Below are positions 1-10,628 of a DNA stretch of 64,000 bases, piece by piece. This stretch comes from an uncultured Actinomycetes bacterium. Its GTDB lineage: Bacteria > Actinomycetota > UBA4738 > HRBIN12. The notes under the pieces are model-generated. The model ran no database searches and had not been told where the DNA came from. It saw nothing but the letters and a program-made list of their open reading frames with translations. Each line of letters opens with the position of its first letter. Position 1 is the first letter of the stretch. The translations under genes were made by a program, and so were the position numbers. Location: assembly GCA_963700855.1 (NCBI GenBank), contig CAVOYV010000005.1, forward strand, positions 70,206 to 134,205, written 5' to 3'.

Positions 1-657
1 GCGCCGGGTGTGGTGGCGGCCTCCGTCTCCTCGTCGCCCTTGAGGACCCCGAGGATCGCAGCCATCTCGACGTCACCGACCGGGGCATCCGGGCGGACGT
101 CGCGCCCTCGCGCCGAGGCGAGCAAGGCTCGCAGGTTGCCCTCGGCCATCTCCGCCCTGGCTTCGAGCTCCTTCGTCCGCTCGCGAGCGACCTCGCGCGT
201 CGCTCGGCCTCGTCACGCGTCGCTCGGGCTTCCCGAAGCTCTTCCCGCGCCTGACGGAGCTCGGTCCTCATGTCGGCGTTCTCGCGACCCAGATCGATCA
301 GCTTCTCGGCGACGGCACGGCCCAGATCCGAGTAGGCGAGATCGCTCCGTCCGCGGCCTCGGTCGATCGCTCGGTGCGACGTCGCCTCCCCTCGATGGAG
401 CGGGGACGGCGGCCGAGTGCCTCGCGCTCCTCGGGCTCCACCGGGCGAGCGTCCAGCAGCCGGTACGAGCCGTTCGCCGGCTCGAGGCGCCGCCGGGCGA
501 TCAACGCCCGCACCGCCCTCGCGGTCGCGAGCGGATCGGGGTGACCCAGCTCCCGGCCGATCTCGGCGGGTGTCTCGCGGAGCACCTCGCCCACCTCGAC
601 CCGCGACGACACCGCCTCCAGGAAGGCGTTGGCGCGCTGCAGGCTCTCGTCGTTCAT
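1..657 (-). CDS. Hypothetical protein with a winged-helix-like N-terminus and an Arg/Glu-rich coiled coil. The frame appears broken and the 3' end runs off the window.
   Basis: ORF 298..657 (MNDESLQRANAFLEAVSS...ELGHPDPLATARAVRALIARRRLEP) is protein-like for about 85 aa and then degenerates. Other minus frames downstream read DLAYSDLGRAVAEKLIDLGRENADMRTELRQAREELREA and REVARERTKELEARAEMAEGNLRALLA, continuing to position 1. Confidence 0.35.
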
Positions 658-714
658 CCGGGGATGATGCCTGACGGGAGGCCTTGCGCGCCAGTCCCGC
701 CGAGGGCAACGACC

Positions 715-1344
715 TCAGTCGCAGCCCGAGCGACAGCTCGCCAGGAACCCGTACGCGGCCACGTACTCGCCCTGATTCCCGTCCGAGAGGTTGAGCTCAC
801 GGTCGTCCCCGTAGGAGTCCAGGTCGACGATGGGCTCGAGCTCGGGTCGCACCGATCCGATCGTGGCGAGGAACCCACCCACGTCGAGGGAGCCGACCGG
901 ATCGAGCTGGCCCGCACGGAACCGGAGGCGGAGCAGGTACCGCTGGCCTTCCTGCTCCCAGGTCCCTCCGACCGAGAGCTCGGCGGTGGCGGCCTGGAGC
1001 TGTCCCTGATCGAAGTCGCATCGAGCGCTGCCGGGATCGAGCGCGGCGATGCCGCTGACCCCGTCGATCGACCCGTCCTCGAGCAGCCGGACCCGATACG
1101 TGCCCCGCCAATCGCTCCGGCAGGTCCCCCCGACATGGAGACGATGCTCGGTGTCCGCCCTGAACGACCCCGTCCAGATCGGGCGAGCCCCCTCGCTCGG
1201 TGTCTCGGTCGGCTCGGCCGGGCGCGCGCCGGGATCCTCGACGCCGGGCGGGAAGGGATCGGTCCGCGACGCGAACCATGCCCCCGCGGCGGCGCAGAGC
1301 GCGAAGACGACGGCCCAGATCACGACCTTCGCCCACCGCGGCAT
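715..1344 (-). CDS. Membrane-anchored hypothetical protein (N-terminal TM helix, Cys-containing extracytoplasmic domain)
   Basis: 209-aa ORF. MPRWAKVVIWAVVFALCAAAGAWFA is a TM anchor, followed by a non-repetitive beta-rich sequence. It starts 11 nt after the upstream VWA gene stop on the same strand. Confidence 0.6.
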   Translation of the reverse strand: MPRWAKVVIWAVVFALCAAAGAWFASRTDPFPPGVEDPGARPAEPTETPSEGARPIWTGSFRADTEHRLHVGGTCRSDWRGTYRVRLLEDGSIDGVSGIAALDPGSARCDFDQGQLQAATAELSVGGTWEQEGQRYLLRLRFRAGQLDPVGSLDVGGFLATIGSVRPELEPIVDLDSYGDDRELNLSDGNQGEYVAAYGFLASCRSGCD

Positions 1345-1354
1345 GGCGGCGAGA

Positions 1355-3311
1355 CTACCGCGAGGACCCGGAGCGCCGGCGCACGTAGTCGCGCAAGACG
1401 AAGTCGCCCACGCGGTCGTCGTCCATCAGGAACACCCGCCCGCCGGTCAGCTGGGCGAGGCGTTCCATGAACCGCGCGAGCCCTTCCGACTCCTCGAGCA
1501 TGAAGATGTTGAGGGTGACCCCGGTCCGGCTCAGTCGGACGGCCTCGGCGAGGGTGCGCCGGATCGTCTCGGGCTCTGGGGGCCACGCGAAGTACGCCTC
1601 CTCGCCCTCGAGGTGCGCGGTCGGTTCGCCGTCGGTGACCATGATCACCTGCCGCTGCGCCCGAGGATGCTGCGGACAGGAGCCTCCCGGCCAGCAGGAA
1701 CGCGTGCTGCATGTTCGTCCCGTACGTCCGCTCGAACCCGGGCGCCGCCAGGTCCATCGGCGTGAGCCGCCGCGCGTAGTCGCTGAACCCGATCAGGTAG
1801 AGCGTGTCGTGCGGGTACCGGCCCTCGATCAGCGCGTGCAGCGCGAGCGCCATCTTCTTCGCGTGGACCAGGTGCCCGCGCAGCGGCATCGAGAACGACA
1901 GGTCCAACAGGAGCGCGGTCGCGGTCTCGGTCCGCTGCTCGGCCTCCGCGAGCTCGAAGTCCTCGGCGTCGAGACGCACCGCCCCCTCGTCGTCGCGCCC
2001 ACCACGGACGACGGCGTTGAACACGCTGCGCTGAACCGCGATCGTTCCCTGGTCCCCGAACCGCCACGGCCGCGTCTGCCCGGTCGGCTCGGCGAGCCCG
2101 CCCGGGATCGCGCGCCTCGTGGGCCCCCTCCCGGTCGCGGGCGAGCCGCTCGAACACCTTCGTGAGGGCGCGTTCTCCCATCGTGCGGGCGCCGCGTGGG
2201 GTCACCTCCAGTCGCCCGCCCCGACGCTGAACCAGACCGGCGTCCTCCAAGGCTCGCTCGATCTGCTTGAGGCGGCGGAGGTCGCGCACCGCCGGCTCTC
2301 CCAACGCACGCCGGAGCGCGTCTTCGTCGACGTCCGCGAGGGCGGCACCCGGGATAGCTCCCCTTCGAGCGCGCGGTCGAGCTCTTCCAGGTCGTGCTGC
2401 CGCTCGAGCGCGTCGACGGTCGCGGCCATCGGCAGGGTGTCGTCGCCCGTCGACCACGACGGGTCGTCCCACGGCATCGACGGGAAGGCGCCGCGGAGGT
2501 TCGACCCGAGCCGGTCCATCTCGAACGCGAGGTCCATGTCCTGCATCGTCTCGTCGACCAGGTCCTGGAGCTCCGCACGCTGGGACGGGCTGAGCGAGGC
2601 CATCAAGCGCGACATCGCGGCCATCCGACGCGCCATGTCCTCCAGCAGCTCATCCAGGGTCCTCGGGTTCCCCGGGAACAGGTCCCGGTAGCGCGACATG
2701 AAGTCCTCGAAGGCGGGCTGCGTGTCCTCGCCCCGGTTCCGCATCTCGAGCAGGCCGTTGAGCTCCGCGAGCATGTCCTTCATCCGCTCCAGCTGCTCGG
2801 GGGTCACGTCGCGCAGACCCTGCGCCATCGACCGGACGTACGACCCCAGGACCTGTTCCTGGAGGTGCGCCATCAGCTCGTCGAACGCCTGCTGCGCCAC
2901 GGGATCGGTGAACCGGTAGTCGCGAAGCTCGCCGATGCGCCCCGCCACGTCGGGAGGCAGGGCGTCGAGGAACGCCTCACGCATCCTCGCGTCGTCACCG
3001 GCGTCGAACGACAACCGGGTGCGCTCGAGCTCGAGCAGCTCGTCCAGCCTTTCGCGGATCTCCTCGAGAGGCCCGGCGAGATCGACCGCGTCCTCCTCCT
3101 CCTCACGCCGCTCCCGGACCTGTCGGCGGAGGGCGTCGAGACCCGAGAAGCGGCCGCGCATCCCGCGCCGGAGCAGGTTCCGCAGGGCGGCATCGGTCGG
3201 CTCACCCATCAGCACGTCGTCGGCCAGCTCCTCGAGCACCTCCGCCGTCGGGATGTCGGGCTCGAACGGCTCCTGGGTGCCGTCCCACCGCGAGTAACGA
3301 GCGCGCGCCAT
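1355..3311 (-). pseudogene. VWA (von Willebrand A) domain protein, partner of the upstream AAA+ ATPase. The reading frame is broken three times in this assembly.
   Basis: Four consecutive minus-strand ORF pieces join into one protein. The first is 3311->~2365 (MARARYSRWDGTQEPFEPDIP...DALERQHDLEELDRALEGE). The second is ~2365->~2105 (IPGAALADVDEDALRRALGEPAVRDLRRLKQIERALEDAGLV...). The third is ~2105->~1672 (AIPGGLAEPTGQTRPWRFGDQGTIAVQRSVFNAVVRGG...LLLDLSFSM...TNMQHAFLLAGRLLS). The fourth is ~1672->1355 (HPRAQRQVIMVTDGEPTAHL...). DxSxS and VTDGEP are typical VWA/MIDAS elements. Confidence 0.75.
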
Positions 3312-3357
3312 CTGGACCAGGGTAGGGCAGGTCCGTCGGTACGAGGCGCCGCCCGTG

Positions 3358-3750
3358 TCAGCTGATGCCGAGGCCGGTCATGAGCGCCCTGGTCGAAAGG
3401 CCGAACGAGATGAACCCCGCCGCCGCGAAGACCACCCAGGGCGCGATCGGGGGCTTCTCTCCCTCGGCCTGCCGTTGCAGCTCCCGCGCCATGGCGTGCC
3501 CGATCCCGAAGATCACGAGCGGACCGAACCCGTACACGAGGTGGAGCCAGTCGGACGGTCGAAGGCCCATCAGGAGCAGCACGATCCCGATCAGCGCTTG
3601 GACCACCGCGACGACCTGCGCGACCGTGAGCCAGACCCAGAACCGCTCTCCGGGGCCGCGCCGGACGATCGCGGCGCCGAGCCCCCAGACCCACCCGACC
3701 GTGAACACCGCCACGACGGCGAACCCGACGTACCGGTGGATCAGCTCCAT
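3358..3750 (-). CDS. Small integral membrane protein (about 4 TM helices)
   Basis: 130-aa ORF with four hydrophobic stretches (FAVVAVFTVGWVWGLGAAIV, VWLTVAQVVAVVQALIGIVLLLMGL, LHLVYGFGPLVIFGIGHAM, WVVFAAAGFISFGLS). It sits between the AAA+ and VWA genes on the same strand. Confidence 0.65.
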   Translation of the reverse strand: MELIHRYVGFAVVAVFTVGWVWGLGAAIVRRGPGERFWVWLTVAQVVAVVQALIGIVLLLMGLRPSDWLHLVYGFGPLVIFGIGHAMARELQRQAEGEKPPIAPWVVFAAAGFISFGLSTRALMTGLGIS

Positions 3751-3763
3751 GTCAGGGCGGAGT

Positions 3764-5173
3764 CTACGAGCCGCCCGGCGCCGCGTAGCGCGCCACGCCG
3801 CCGTGCTCGTCCTTGTTCAGACGGCGCGACAGGTGCAGTCCCTCGAGCGCGAACTCGAGCGCGCTCGCCGCGACCCCGGGGCTCTCCTCCTCGACGCCCA
3901 GCCGCTGGAGCAGCTTCGCCAACCCGGGGACGTCACCGAACGCATCCAGCAACATCGAGGCCGGCATCAGGTCGCTCGTCTCGACGTCGAGCCCTCGGTC
4001 GAACCGCTCGAGGAGCGGTCCGAGGTCCACCCCGGACACGCGGTGGCGGAAGACGTCGAGGAGCGCCTGCCGAAGCGCTCGCGACACGATCTCGTCCTCG
4101 CGGCCCTCCTCGATCGTGTCGAACTCGATCCGGCCCTGGGACGACGCGATGACCCCCTTGAGGTCGATCACGCGCGGGACCGCCTCGGGCTCGCCCGACC
4201 GGGCCGCCCGGCGGATCGCCGCCGCCTGGAGCGTCTCGAGGTTCCCGATCGAGTACCGAACGCTGATCCCGCTGCGATGGTTCACGTGCGGGGATCGGCG
4301 GAGCTCCTGCGTGAGCGAGGCGACGATCTCCTTCATGAAGCGCGGCACGCGCACCGGCACGTCCCCCCCGGGGACCCCCGCCTCCTGATCCATGATCCGG
4401 ATCTCCTCGTCGGGGGTCTGCGGGTAGTGGGTGCGCACCTGGGTCCCGAACCGGTCCTTGAGCGGCGACACGATCCGCCCCCGGTGCGTGTAGTCGTCCG
4501 GGTTCGCGGTCGCGACCAGGAGCAGGTCGAGCGGCAGACGGATCCGGTAGCCGCGGATCTGGACGTCGCGCTCCTCGAGGATGTTGAACAACGACACCTG
4601 GATCCGCTCGGGGAGATCCGGCAGCTCGTTGATCGCGACGATCCCTCGATGGGTGCGGGGGATCATCCCGTAGTGGATCGTCAGCTCGTCCGTCAGGTAC
4701 CGCCCCTCCGCGACCCGGATCGGGTCGACGTCGCCGATCAGGTCGGCGACCGACGTGTCCGGCGTGGCCAGCTTCTCGCCGTACCGGTCGTCGCGGTGGA
4801 TCCACGCGATCCGCGTCGCGTCCCCGTGCTCGTCCACGAGCGCCCGCCCGTGGGCGGAGATCGGATGGTACGGGTGGTCGTTCGTCTCCGTGCCGGCGAC
4901 GACCGGCAGCCACTCGTCGAGCAGGTCGACGATCGCCCGGACCAGCCGGGTCTTCGCTTGACCTCGCTCGCCCAGGAGGATCAGGTCGTGCCCGGCCACG
5001 ATGCCGCGTTCGAGGGCGGGGAGCACGGAGTCGTCGAAACCGAGGATCCCCGGGAACAGCTCGCCGCCGGAGGCCAGGCGGGCGAGCAGGTTCGCACGGA
5101 GCTCCTGCTTCACCGACCGGTCCGGATAGCCCGAGGCCCGCAGCTCGCCGAGGGTGGCGGGTCGAGGGTCCAT
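3764..5173 (-). CDS. AAA+ ATPase, ChlI/Mg-chelatase-like (sigma-54-interaction-type P-loop)
   Basis: Internal start MDPRPATLGELRASGYPDRSVK at 5173; the longer ORF to 5707 is Arg/Ser junk. Walker A-like LLGERGQAKT, Walker B-like GIVAINELPDL, then VATANPDDYTHRGRIVSPLKDRF. Confidence 0.8.
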   Translation of the reverse strand: MDPRPATLGELRASGYPDRSVKQELRANLLARLASGGELFPGILGFDDSVLPALERGIVAGHDLILLGERGQAKTRLVRAIVDLLDEWLPVVAGTETNDHPYHPISAHGRALVDEHGDATRIAWIHRDDRYGEKLATPDTSVADLIGDVDPIRVAEGRYLTDELTIHYGMIPRTHRGIVAINELPDLPERIQVSLFNILEERDVQIRGYRIRLPLDLLLVATANPDDYTHRGRIVSPLKDRFGTQVRTHYPQTPDEEIRIMDQEAGVPGGDVPVRVPRFMKEIVASLTQELRRSPHVNHRSGISVRYSIGNLETLQAAAIRRAARSGEPEAVPRVIDLKGVIASSQGRIEFDTIEEGREDEIVSRALRQALLDVFRHRVSGVDLGPLLERFDRGLDVETSDLMPASMLLDAFGDVPGLAKLLQRLGVEEESPGVAASALEFALEGLHLSRRLNKDEHGGVARYAAPGGS

Positions 5174-5258
5174 GGGGTCCAGGCTAGACCGGCTCCCGAG
5201 ATACGACTCCCGGCGAGCACCCGTCCGAGACGTCGGCCTCGACCGGTAGGCTCGCCGG

Positions 5259-7184
5259 GTGGGGCCTGACCGCATCCTCGATCCGCTCAACCCGGCGCAG
5301 CGACAGGCGGCGAGCACCGTCCGGGGTCCGGTCGCGATCCTCGCCGGCGCCGGGACCGGCAAGACCACCACGATCACCCACCGGATCGCGTACCAGGTGG
5401 CGACCGGTGCGTTCGACGCGCGCACGATCCTCGCGGTGACCTTCACCGAGAAGGCAGCCAACGAGCTCAAGGCCCGCCTGTCGCGCCTCGGGGTCGACGG
5501 TGTCGAGGCGCGGACGTTCCACGCGGCCGCACTGTCCCAGCTGTCTCGCCTGTGGACGGCCCACGCCGGCTCCCCGCTCCCGGAACTGCTCGACACGAAG
5601 GCCCCGCTGATCGCGTCCCTCGCGAACGCCCTGCCCCCGCCCCACCGCTTCCTGCCGCGCAGCGAGCTCGCCGGCGAGATCGAGTGGGCGAAGAACCGGA
5701 TGGTCACCCCGTCGGCCTACCTCGAGGTCCTCCGGGTCGAGGGTCATGAGCCGCCGATGCCCGCGGAGCTTATGCACCGGGTGTTCGACGGGTACGAGCG
5801 CCGCAAGTCGCGGATCGGCAAGATCGACTTCGAGGATCTCCTCGGGCACGCCGTCCGGCTCTTCGACGAGCATCCCGACGCGGCCGCCGAGGTGCGCGCC
5901 CGGTTCCACGCCTTCACCGTGGACGAGTACCAGGACGTGAACCCGCTGCAGCAGGCGTTGCTCGACCGATGGCTCGGCGACCGGGACGAGATCTGCGTCG
6001 TCGGCGACGACTACCAGACGATCTACGGGTTCACGGGCGCATCCCCGGAGCACCTGCTGGGCTTCCCGACGCGCTACCCCGACGCCACGATCGTGCGACT
6101 CGAGGAGAACTACCGCTCGTCGCCCCAGATCCTCGCCGTGGCGAACGCGTTGACCCCGAAGCTCGGTGGCTTCGAGAAGTCCCTGCGCCCGACCCGTCCG
6201 GATGGACCGAGCCCGACGGCCCGGGCCTTGCCGGATACCGCGGCCGAGGTCACGGCGGTGATCGAGGGCTGTCGGTCGCTGCATCGCGAAGGCATCGCCT
6301 GGGACGCCCTCGCGATCTTGGTCCGGATCAATGCCCGCACCGAGCCCTACGAAGAGGCGCTCGCGGCCGTCGGCATCCCGTACCAGGTGCGTGACGGCTC
6401 ATTCCTGCGCCGTCCCGGTCCCCGAGCGACGCTGTCCCGGCTGCGACGCGCGCAGGCCGCGGGCTCGGTCGCCGACGCGGTACGAGCGGTGACCGACGCG
6501 CTCGGCTACGACCCGGACAACGCGCCTGACATCGACGAGGAGATCACGCGCCAGGCGGACCTCGGCCGCCTCCGCCAGCTCGCGGTGGAGCACGACGATG
6601 CCCACGGCGATGGCGCCACGGTCGGCGGCTTCGTCGAGGAGCTCACGCATCGCTTCGCCACCGACCGCCAGGGGCGCGGCGTCCAGCTGATGACCTATCA
6701 CCGAGCGAAGGGGCTCGAGTTCGACGGCGTCTTCCTCCCGCGGCTCCTCGACGGAGAGCTCCCCTACCGTTCGCGCCGGTCCGAGGCCGACCCCGATGAG
6801 GAGCGGCGCCTGCTGTACGTGGGGATCACGCGAGCACGAACGCACCTGAGCCTGTCGTGGCCGCGAGAGCCTCGGACGCAGCCGAGCCTATTCCTCGAGG
6901 AGCTCGGGGTGCGGCGTGAGGCACCCGCGCCCTCCGCCTCGAGGCCGCGGGTGGCCGCGCCGGGCGGCGGTCCGACGTTCGAGCGCCTGAAGGCCTGGCG
7001 GAGGGACCGCGCTCGAGCGGACGGCGTGCCCGCCTACGTCGTGTTCCACGACGCCACGCTCGCGGCGATCGCCGAGCTCGCCCCCGGCGACCTGGCCGGC
7101 CTCGCGACGGTCTCCGGGGTGGGACCTACGAAGCTCGAGCGCTACGGCGATGAGGTCCTCGCCGTCGTCCGGAAGGGCCCCTAG
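5259..7184 (+). CDS. uvrD2: UvrD/Rep-family SF1 DNA helicase with C-terminal HRDC domain (UvrD2-like)
   Basis: [26 protein letters not shown] (motif I), VDEYQDVNP (motif II), [28 protein letters not shown]. The C-terminal [37 protein letters not shown]...[13 protein letters not shown] is HRDC-like. Confidence 0.85.
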   Translation: MGPDRILDPLNPAQRQAASTVRGPVAILAGAGTGKTTTITHRIAYQVATGAFDARTILAVTFTEKAANELKARLSRLGVDGVEARTFHAAALSQLSRLWTAHAGSPLPELLDTKAPLIASLANALPPPHRFLPRSELAGEIEWAKNRMVTPSAYLEVLRVEGHEPPMPAELMHRVFDGYERRKSRIGKIDFEDLLGHAVRLFDEHPDAAAEVRARFHAFTVDEYQDVNPLQQALLDRWLGDRDEICVVGDDYQTIYGFTGASPEHLLGFPTRYPDATIVRLEENYRSSPQILAVANALTPKLGGFEKSLRPTRPDGPSPTARALPDTAAEVTAVIEGCRSLHREGIAWDALAILVRINARTEPYEEALAAVGIPYQVRDGSFLRRPGPRATLSRLRRAQAAGSVADAVRAVTDALGYDPDNAPDIDEEITRQADLGRLRQLAVEHDDAHGDGATVGGFVEELTHRFATDRQGRGVQLMTYHRAKGLEFDGVFLPRLLDGELPYRSRRSEADPDEERRLLYVGITRARTHLSLSWPREPRTQPSLFLEELGVRREAPAPSASRPRVAAPGGGPTFERLKAWRRDRARADGVPAYVVFHDATLAAIAELAPGDLAGLATVSGVGPTKLERYGDEVLAVVRKGP

Positions 7185-7966
7185 CCGGCGGCGATCCAGT
7201 CGGGGACGTCGCCGAGTCGATCGAGCACGACGTCTGGGGCACCCCGTCGCTCGTCGCCCTCCCGGTACTTCCCGGTACGGACCAGCACGCCGGAGCATCC
7301 CACGGCCTTCGCGCCCATCACGTCGCTGAGGACGTCGTCGCCGATCATCGCCGCGCGCGCGGCGGGCACCCCCAACAGGCGAAGGCCCGTCTCGAAGAAC
7401 GCCGGCGCCGGCTTGCCGCAGATGGCCGCGCGTACCCCGGCCGCTTCCTCGAGTCCCGCGACGTAGGCGCCACCGTCGAGCTCCCACCCACGCTCGGTCC
7501 GCCACGAGAGGTTCCGGTGCATCCCGATCAGCGTGGCGCCCTCCATGATCCGCCGGAACATGCCGTTCACGATGTCGTACGCGAAGGCGTCCGAGGCACC
7601 ACCGATCACGAACACGTCCGCGTCCTCCGGCTCCTCCACCCTCGTGACGCCGTCGAGGTCCTCGCCCGGGTCGCCGTCCGTGAGCACGAACACCGGCGCG
7701 CCGGGATGGTGATCGCGGAGGTAGGCGGCGGTGGCGGTGACCGCGGTCACGATCTCGTCGGCGCGGACGTCGAAGCCCGCTCCGCCGAGCGTCCGGGAGA
7801 GATCGCGGCGCGTGTGGGTCGTGGTGTTCGTGATCAACCGGAACGGAACCCCATCACGGCGGAACCGCTCGATGGCTGCGATCGACCCCTCGATCGGCTC
7901 CCAAGACACGGTGAGCACGCCGTCGATGTCGAGCAGGAGACCGTCAACCCGTGCCACGGCGGGCAC
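7181..7966 (-). CDS. HAD-superfamily (subfamily IIA-like) hydrolase
   Basis: LLLDIDGVL (motif I), LITNTT (motif II), GKP..., [16 protein letters not shown] (motif IV). I chose the GTG start at 7966 because the rest of the 498-aa ORF overlaps the upstream gene and is Arg-rich junk; the start is uncertain by a few codons. Confidence 0.75.
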   Translation of the reverse strand: MPAVARVDGLLLDIDGVLTVSWEPIEGSIAAIERFRRDGVPFRLITNTTTHTRRDLSRTLGGAGFDVRADEIVTAVTATAAYLRDHHPGAPVFVLTDGDPGEDLDGVTRVEEPEDADVFVIGGASDAFAYDIVNGMFRRIMEGATLIGMHRNLSWRTERGWELDGGAYVAGLEEAAGVRAAICGKPAPAFFETGLRLLGVPAARAAMIGDDVLSDVMGAKAVGCSGVLVRTGKYREGDERRGAPDVVLDRLGDVPDWIAAG

Positions 7967-7974
7967 ACTAGCGT

Positions 7975-8838
7975 CTAGGAACCGAGCCGGATCCCGAGAG
8001 ACCGACGGACCTGCTCGACGTCGGAGTCCACGTCGACACCTCGGCTCCGGAGCAGCCACTCCTGGTACGGGGCGATGTAGCGGAGCTTCGGCGGCAGCAG
8101 CGGACGGGCGACACGGATCCCGGCGAAGGTCGCCGTCATCGCCGCCTTCTTCGCCGGCGACATCGGGACCCCGTACATCTGCCTCAGGAGCGGGGAGAGC
8201 GTCCCGAAGGCCAGCCGCGAGACGCCGCGAAGGACCGGACGCCATTCGGCCTCCTCCGGTGGATCCAGGAACAGCTCGTAGACGCGGCGTGCCCCCTCCG
8301 TGACCATCAGCTCCCCGCGGTCCTCGAAGTCCGCGAGCCACGCACGCAGGGCGGGGATCGTCGACGGGATCATGTCGCGCGGGATCAGCATCATCTCGGC
8401 CGCGAGCATCTGCTCCTGATGGAACCGTTCCCTTCCGGCGTCGTCGAGCGCCCCGACCGTGAGCTCCTCGAACAGCAGCGCCGAGTCGACCAGGCACGCA
8501 TGCACGTAGAGCAGCAGCACCGGGTCGAGCGCGTCGTAGCGCTTGCCCGTCACCGGGTCGATCCCGTTGATCCGCGTGTGGACGAGGTTGATCTTCTCGG
8601 CGGCCGCGTCGGCCTGAGCCTTGGAGCCGAACGTGACGGTGTAGGTGAGGACCAACGTGCGCTGCAGGCGCTTCCACGGGTCACGTTCGTACATCCCCGT
8701 TTGGTTCGCACCGGCCACCACAAGCGGGTGCGCCGCCTGCATCAGGAGGGCCCGCGCCCCACCGAACAGCACGGTCACCTCTCGATGCACCCGCCAGGAG
8801 ACGCTGTCGGGTCCGAAGTAGCCGAGGTCGGACGTCAT
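7975..8838 (-). CDS. DUF2236 / MpaB-family oxygenase-like protein
   Basis: 287-aa ORF. FGPDSVSWRVHREVTVLFGGARALLMQAAHPLVVAG...HTRING matches my recollection of the DUF2236 N-terminal signature. Confidence 0.7.
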   Translation of the reverse strand: MTSDLGYFGPDSVSWRVHREVTVLFGGARALLMQAAHPLVVAGANQTGMYERDPWKRLQRTLVLTYTVTFGSKAQADAAAEKINLVHTRINGIDPVTGKRYDALDPVLLLYVHACLVDSALLFEELTVGALDDAGRERFHQEQMLAAEMMLIPRDMIPSTIPALRAWLADFEDRGELMVTEGARRVYELFLDPPEEAEWRPVLRGVSRLAFGTLSPLLRQMYGVPMSPAKKAAMTATFAGIRVARPLLPPKLRYIAPYQEWLLRSRGVDVDSDVEQVRRSLGIRLGS

Positions 8839-8882
8839 GCTTCGAGGCTACCTGGGCCGAACCTATGCGAGACGCCTTGAAC

Positions 8883-10567
8883 CTATGCGAGACCTGGATC
8901 CGCCACATGAGGGGCCCGGCGACGGATGTCGGCGGCGACGGACCGGGTCGCCAGCACGATCAAGTGGTTGCGAGCACGAGAGCTCCCGACGCGCAGGTAG
9001 CGCCCGACGTCCTCTCGGTGTCGATCGCCGAGTTCGGCCAGGATCACCACGGGTCGCTCGAGACCCTTGAACCCGTGCACGGTCGACCACAGGACGGTGC
9101 CGTCCTCGACCACGTCGGACAAGACGTAGGGGCCGATCGCACGCCGACGCCACAGGAGGCTCTTCTCGCGCCCCGGCGGCGTCAGGACCACGATGTCGTC
9201 GAGCGCGAGCCCCTCCGAGTCGATCAGGTTCTTCAAGACGACCTCGAGCGTTCGCACCAGCCCGTCCTCTCCGTCGTAGTCGAGGACGTCGACGTCCCGG
9301 CCGGCAGGACCCTTCGCGATCCCCGCGCGTGATCCGGACTCGAAGAACACCGAGACGAACTCCGCGATCGCGCGCGTGTTCCGCAGGTTGTGCGGGAGCG
9401 GCGGCAGGACATCGGTGGGGTCGAGGGGGAGCTCCCCGCCCTCGTAGAGGACCTGGGAGTCATCGGAGAACAGGTAGAGCAGGCCCCGGTCCGGCTCACG
9501 ATGGAGCGCGAGCAGGGCGGGCCACCACCAGGCGCGGAAGTCTTGCGCCTCGTCGACCACGATCGCGCCGTACCGAGGACCGAGCGTCCGCGCCGCCCGC
9601 TCCAGGAGCTCGGGAAGGCGCTCCTCGTAGTACGTGCGGTCGTCCGATCCCGTCGGCGCGGGCACGACGAGACCGGCCTCACGAGCCAGATCGGCACAGA
9701 GCTCGTGGAAGTGGGCGACGTGGAGGTTCTCGACCCCGTCGACGCTGGCTCGCAGGTGCGCGGCAAGCCTGACGTTGAAGCAGGTCAGCAAGGTGGGTCG
9801 ACCAGCCTCGGCCAAGGTGCGCGCGATCGAGGTCGCGAGCAGCGTCTTTCCCGACCCCGGCGGCCCCGTCACCACCGCGCGTGTGCGGTTCAGCACGAAG
9901 GCCTTCGTCCAGGCCTGCTCGTCGGTGAGCTCGACGATCGTGCGGTCCTCTTCGCGGAACAGGAGTTTGAGCGGGTCCGCACCTCGACGGCTGCGCCGAG
10001 CGCCTGCTCGACCGCGAGCATGCCCGACTCGCCGAAGCGCCGGCCCTCGTGGCGCCAGGTGCGCATCACCTCGCGCACCCGGGCTTGCAGGTGATCGAGG
10101 TCGTCACGGTCGATCACGACCGCAGCCGGGGCGCCCGGGTGCGCGTCGCGCCCGTAGATCGCATGCGGCATCGCCACCGAATACCCGAACGAAGGACGCC
10201 ACCTCGACCAGCCCGCCCGCGCCTCCAAGATCCGCACGAGGGAATGCATCTCGTCGCGGGCTTGATGGAACGGATCCTCGTCGAGCTCGTGTCGGCCGCT
10301 GCGACCCCCCTGGGTCCAGCGCCGAGTCTGGGGGTCGTACGTGAGCTCTCCCCCCTTCGCCTCGATCACCAGGAGCCCGTCGACGGGGTGGATCACGACG
10401 AAGTCCGCCTCGCCTTGCTCCAGGCGTCCGTTACGACCGGCGAGCGCCCAATCGACCGAGTGGAAGATCACGTACTCATCGTCGAGTTGCTCCATGAATG
10501 CCTCGTAGAGGAGACGCTCCGCGGAGCTCTCGGTGTGGAGCATGGGGAACGGCACCATCCGCGCCAC
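8883..10567 (-). pseudogene. NERD (PD-(D/E)xK nuclease-related) domain fused to an SF1 UvrD-like helicase. One frame break at about 9980.
   Basis: The N-terminal piece 10567->~9980 carries GEADFVVIHPVDGLLVIEAKGG (a D...ExK nuclease motif). The C-terminal piece reads ...PLKLLFREEDRTIVELTDEQAWTKAFVLNRTRAVVTGPPGSGKT (Walker A), VVDEAQDF (Walker B), HGFKGLERPVVIL, RARNHLIVL. The two pieces join around gtgcggacccgctc. Confidence 0.75.
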
Positions 10568-10628
10568 CCCCGGATGCTAGCCCCCGGGGCATGGACCCCG
10601 ACCACAAAGCAGTAGAGGATTAGGGGCC

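Noticed and set aside
191-227. A near-repeat (CGCGTCGCTCGG at 196-207 and 216-227) that might be a 20-nt tandem duplication causing the frame break in the first gene.
   Set aside because: The two units share only about 12 nt and then diverge. Removing one does restore the coiled-coil frame, but an ordinary indel explains it equally well, and the gene is truncated by the window edge.
10-1470. Very long ORFs on the opposite strand or out of frame with the genes called here. Examples are 10..1470 +, 3365..5269 +, 30329..33265 -, 33139..35985 -, 44001..46394 -, 45308..47365 + and 26091..27989 +.
   Set aside because: Their translations are Arg/Pro/Gly/Ala-rich and lack motifs. This is typical of spurious stop-free frames in about 70% GC DNA, and each is shadowed by a motif-bearing gene in another frame.
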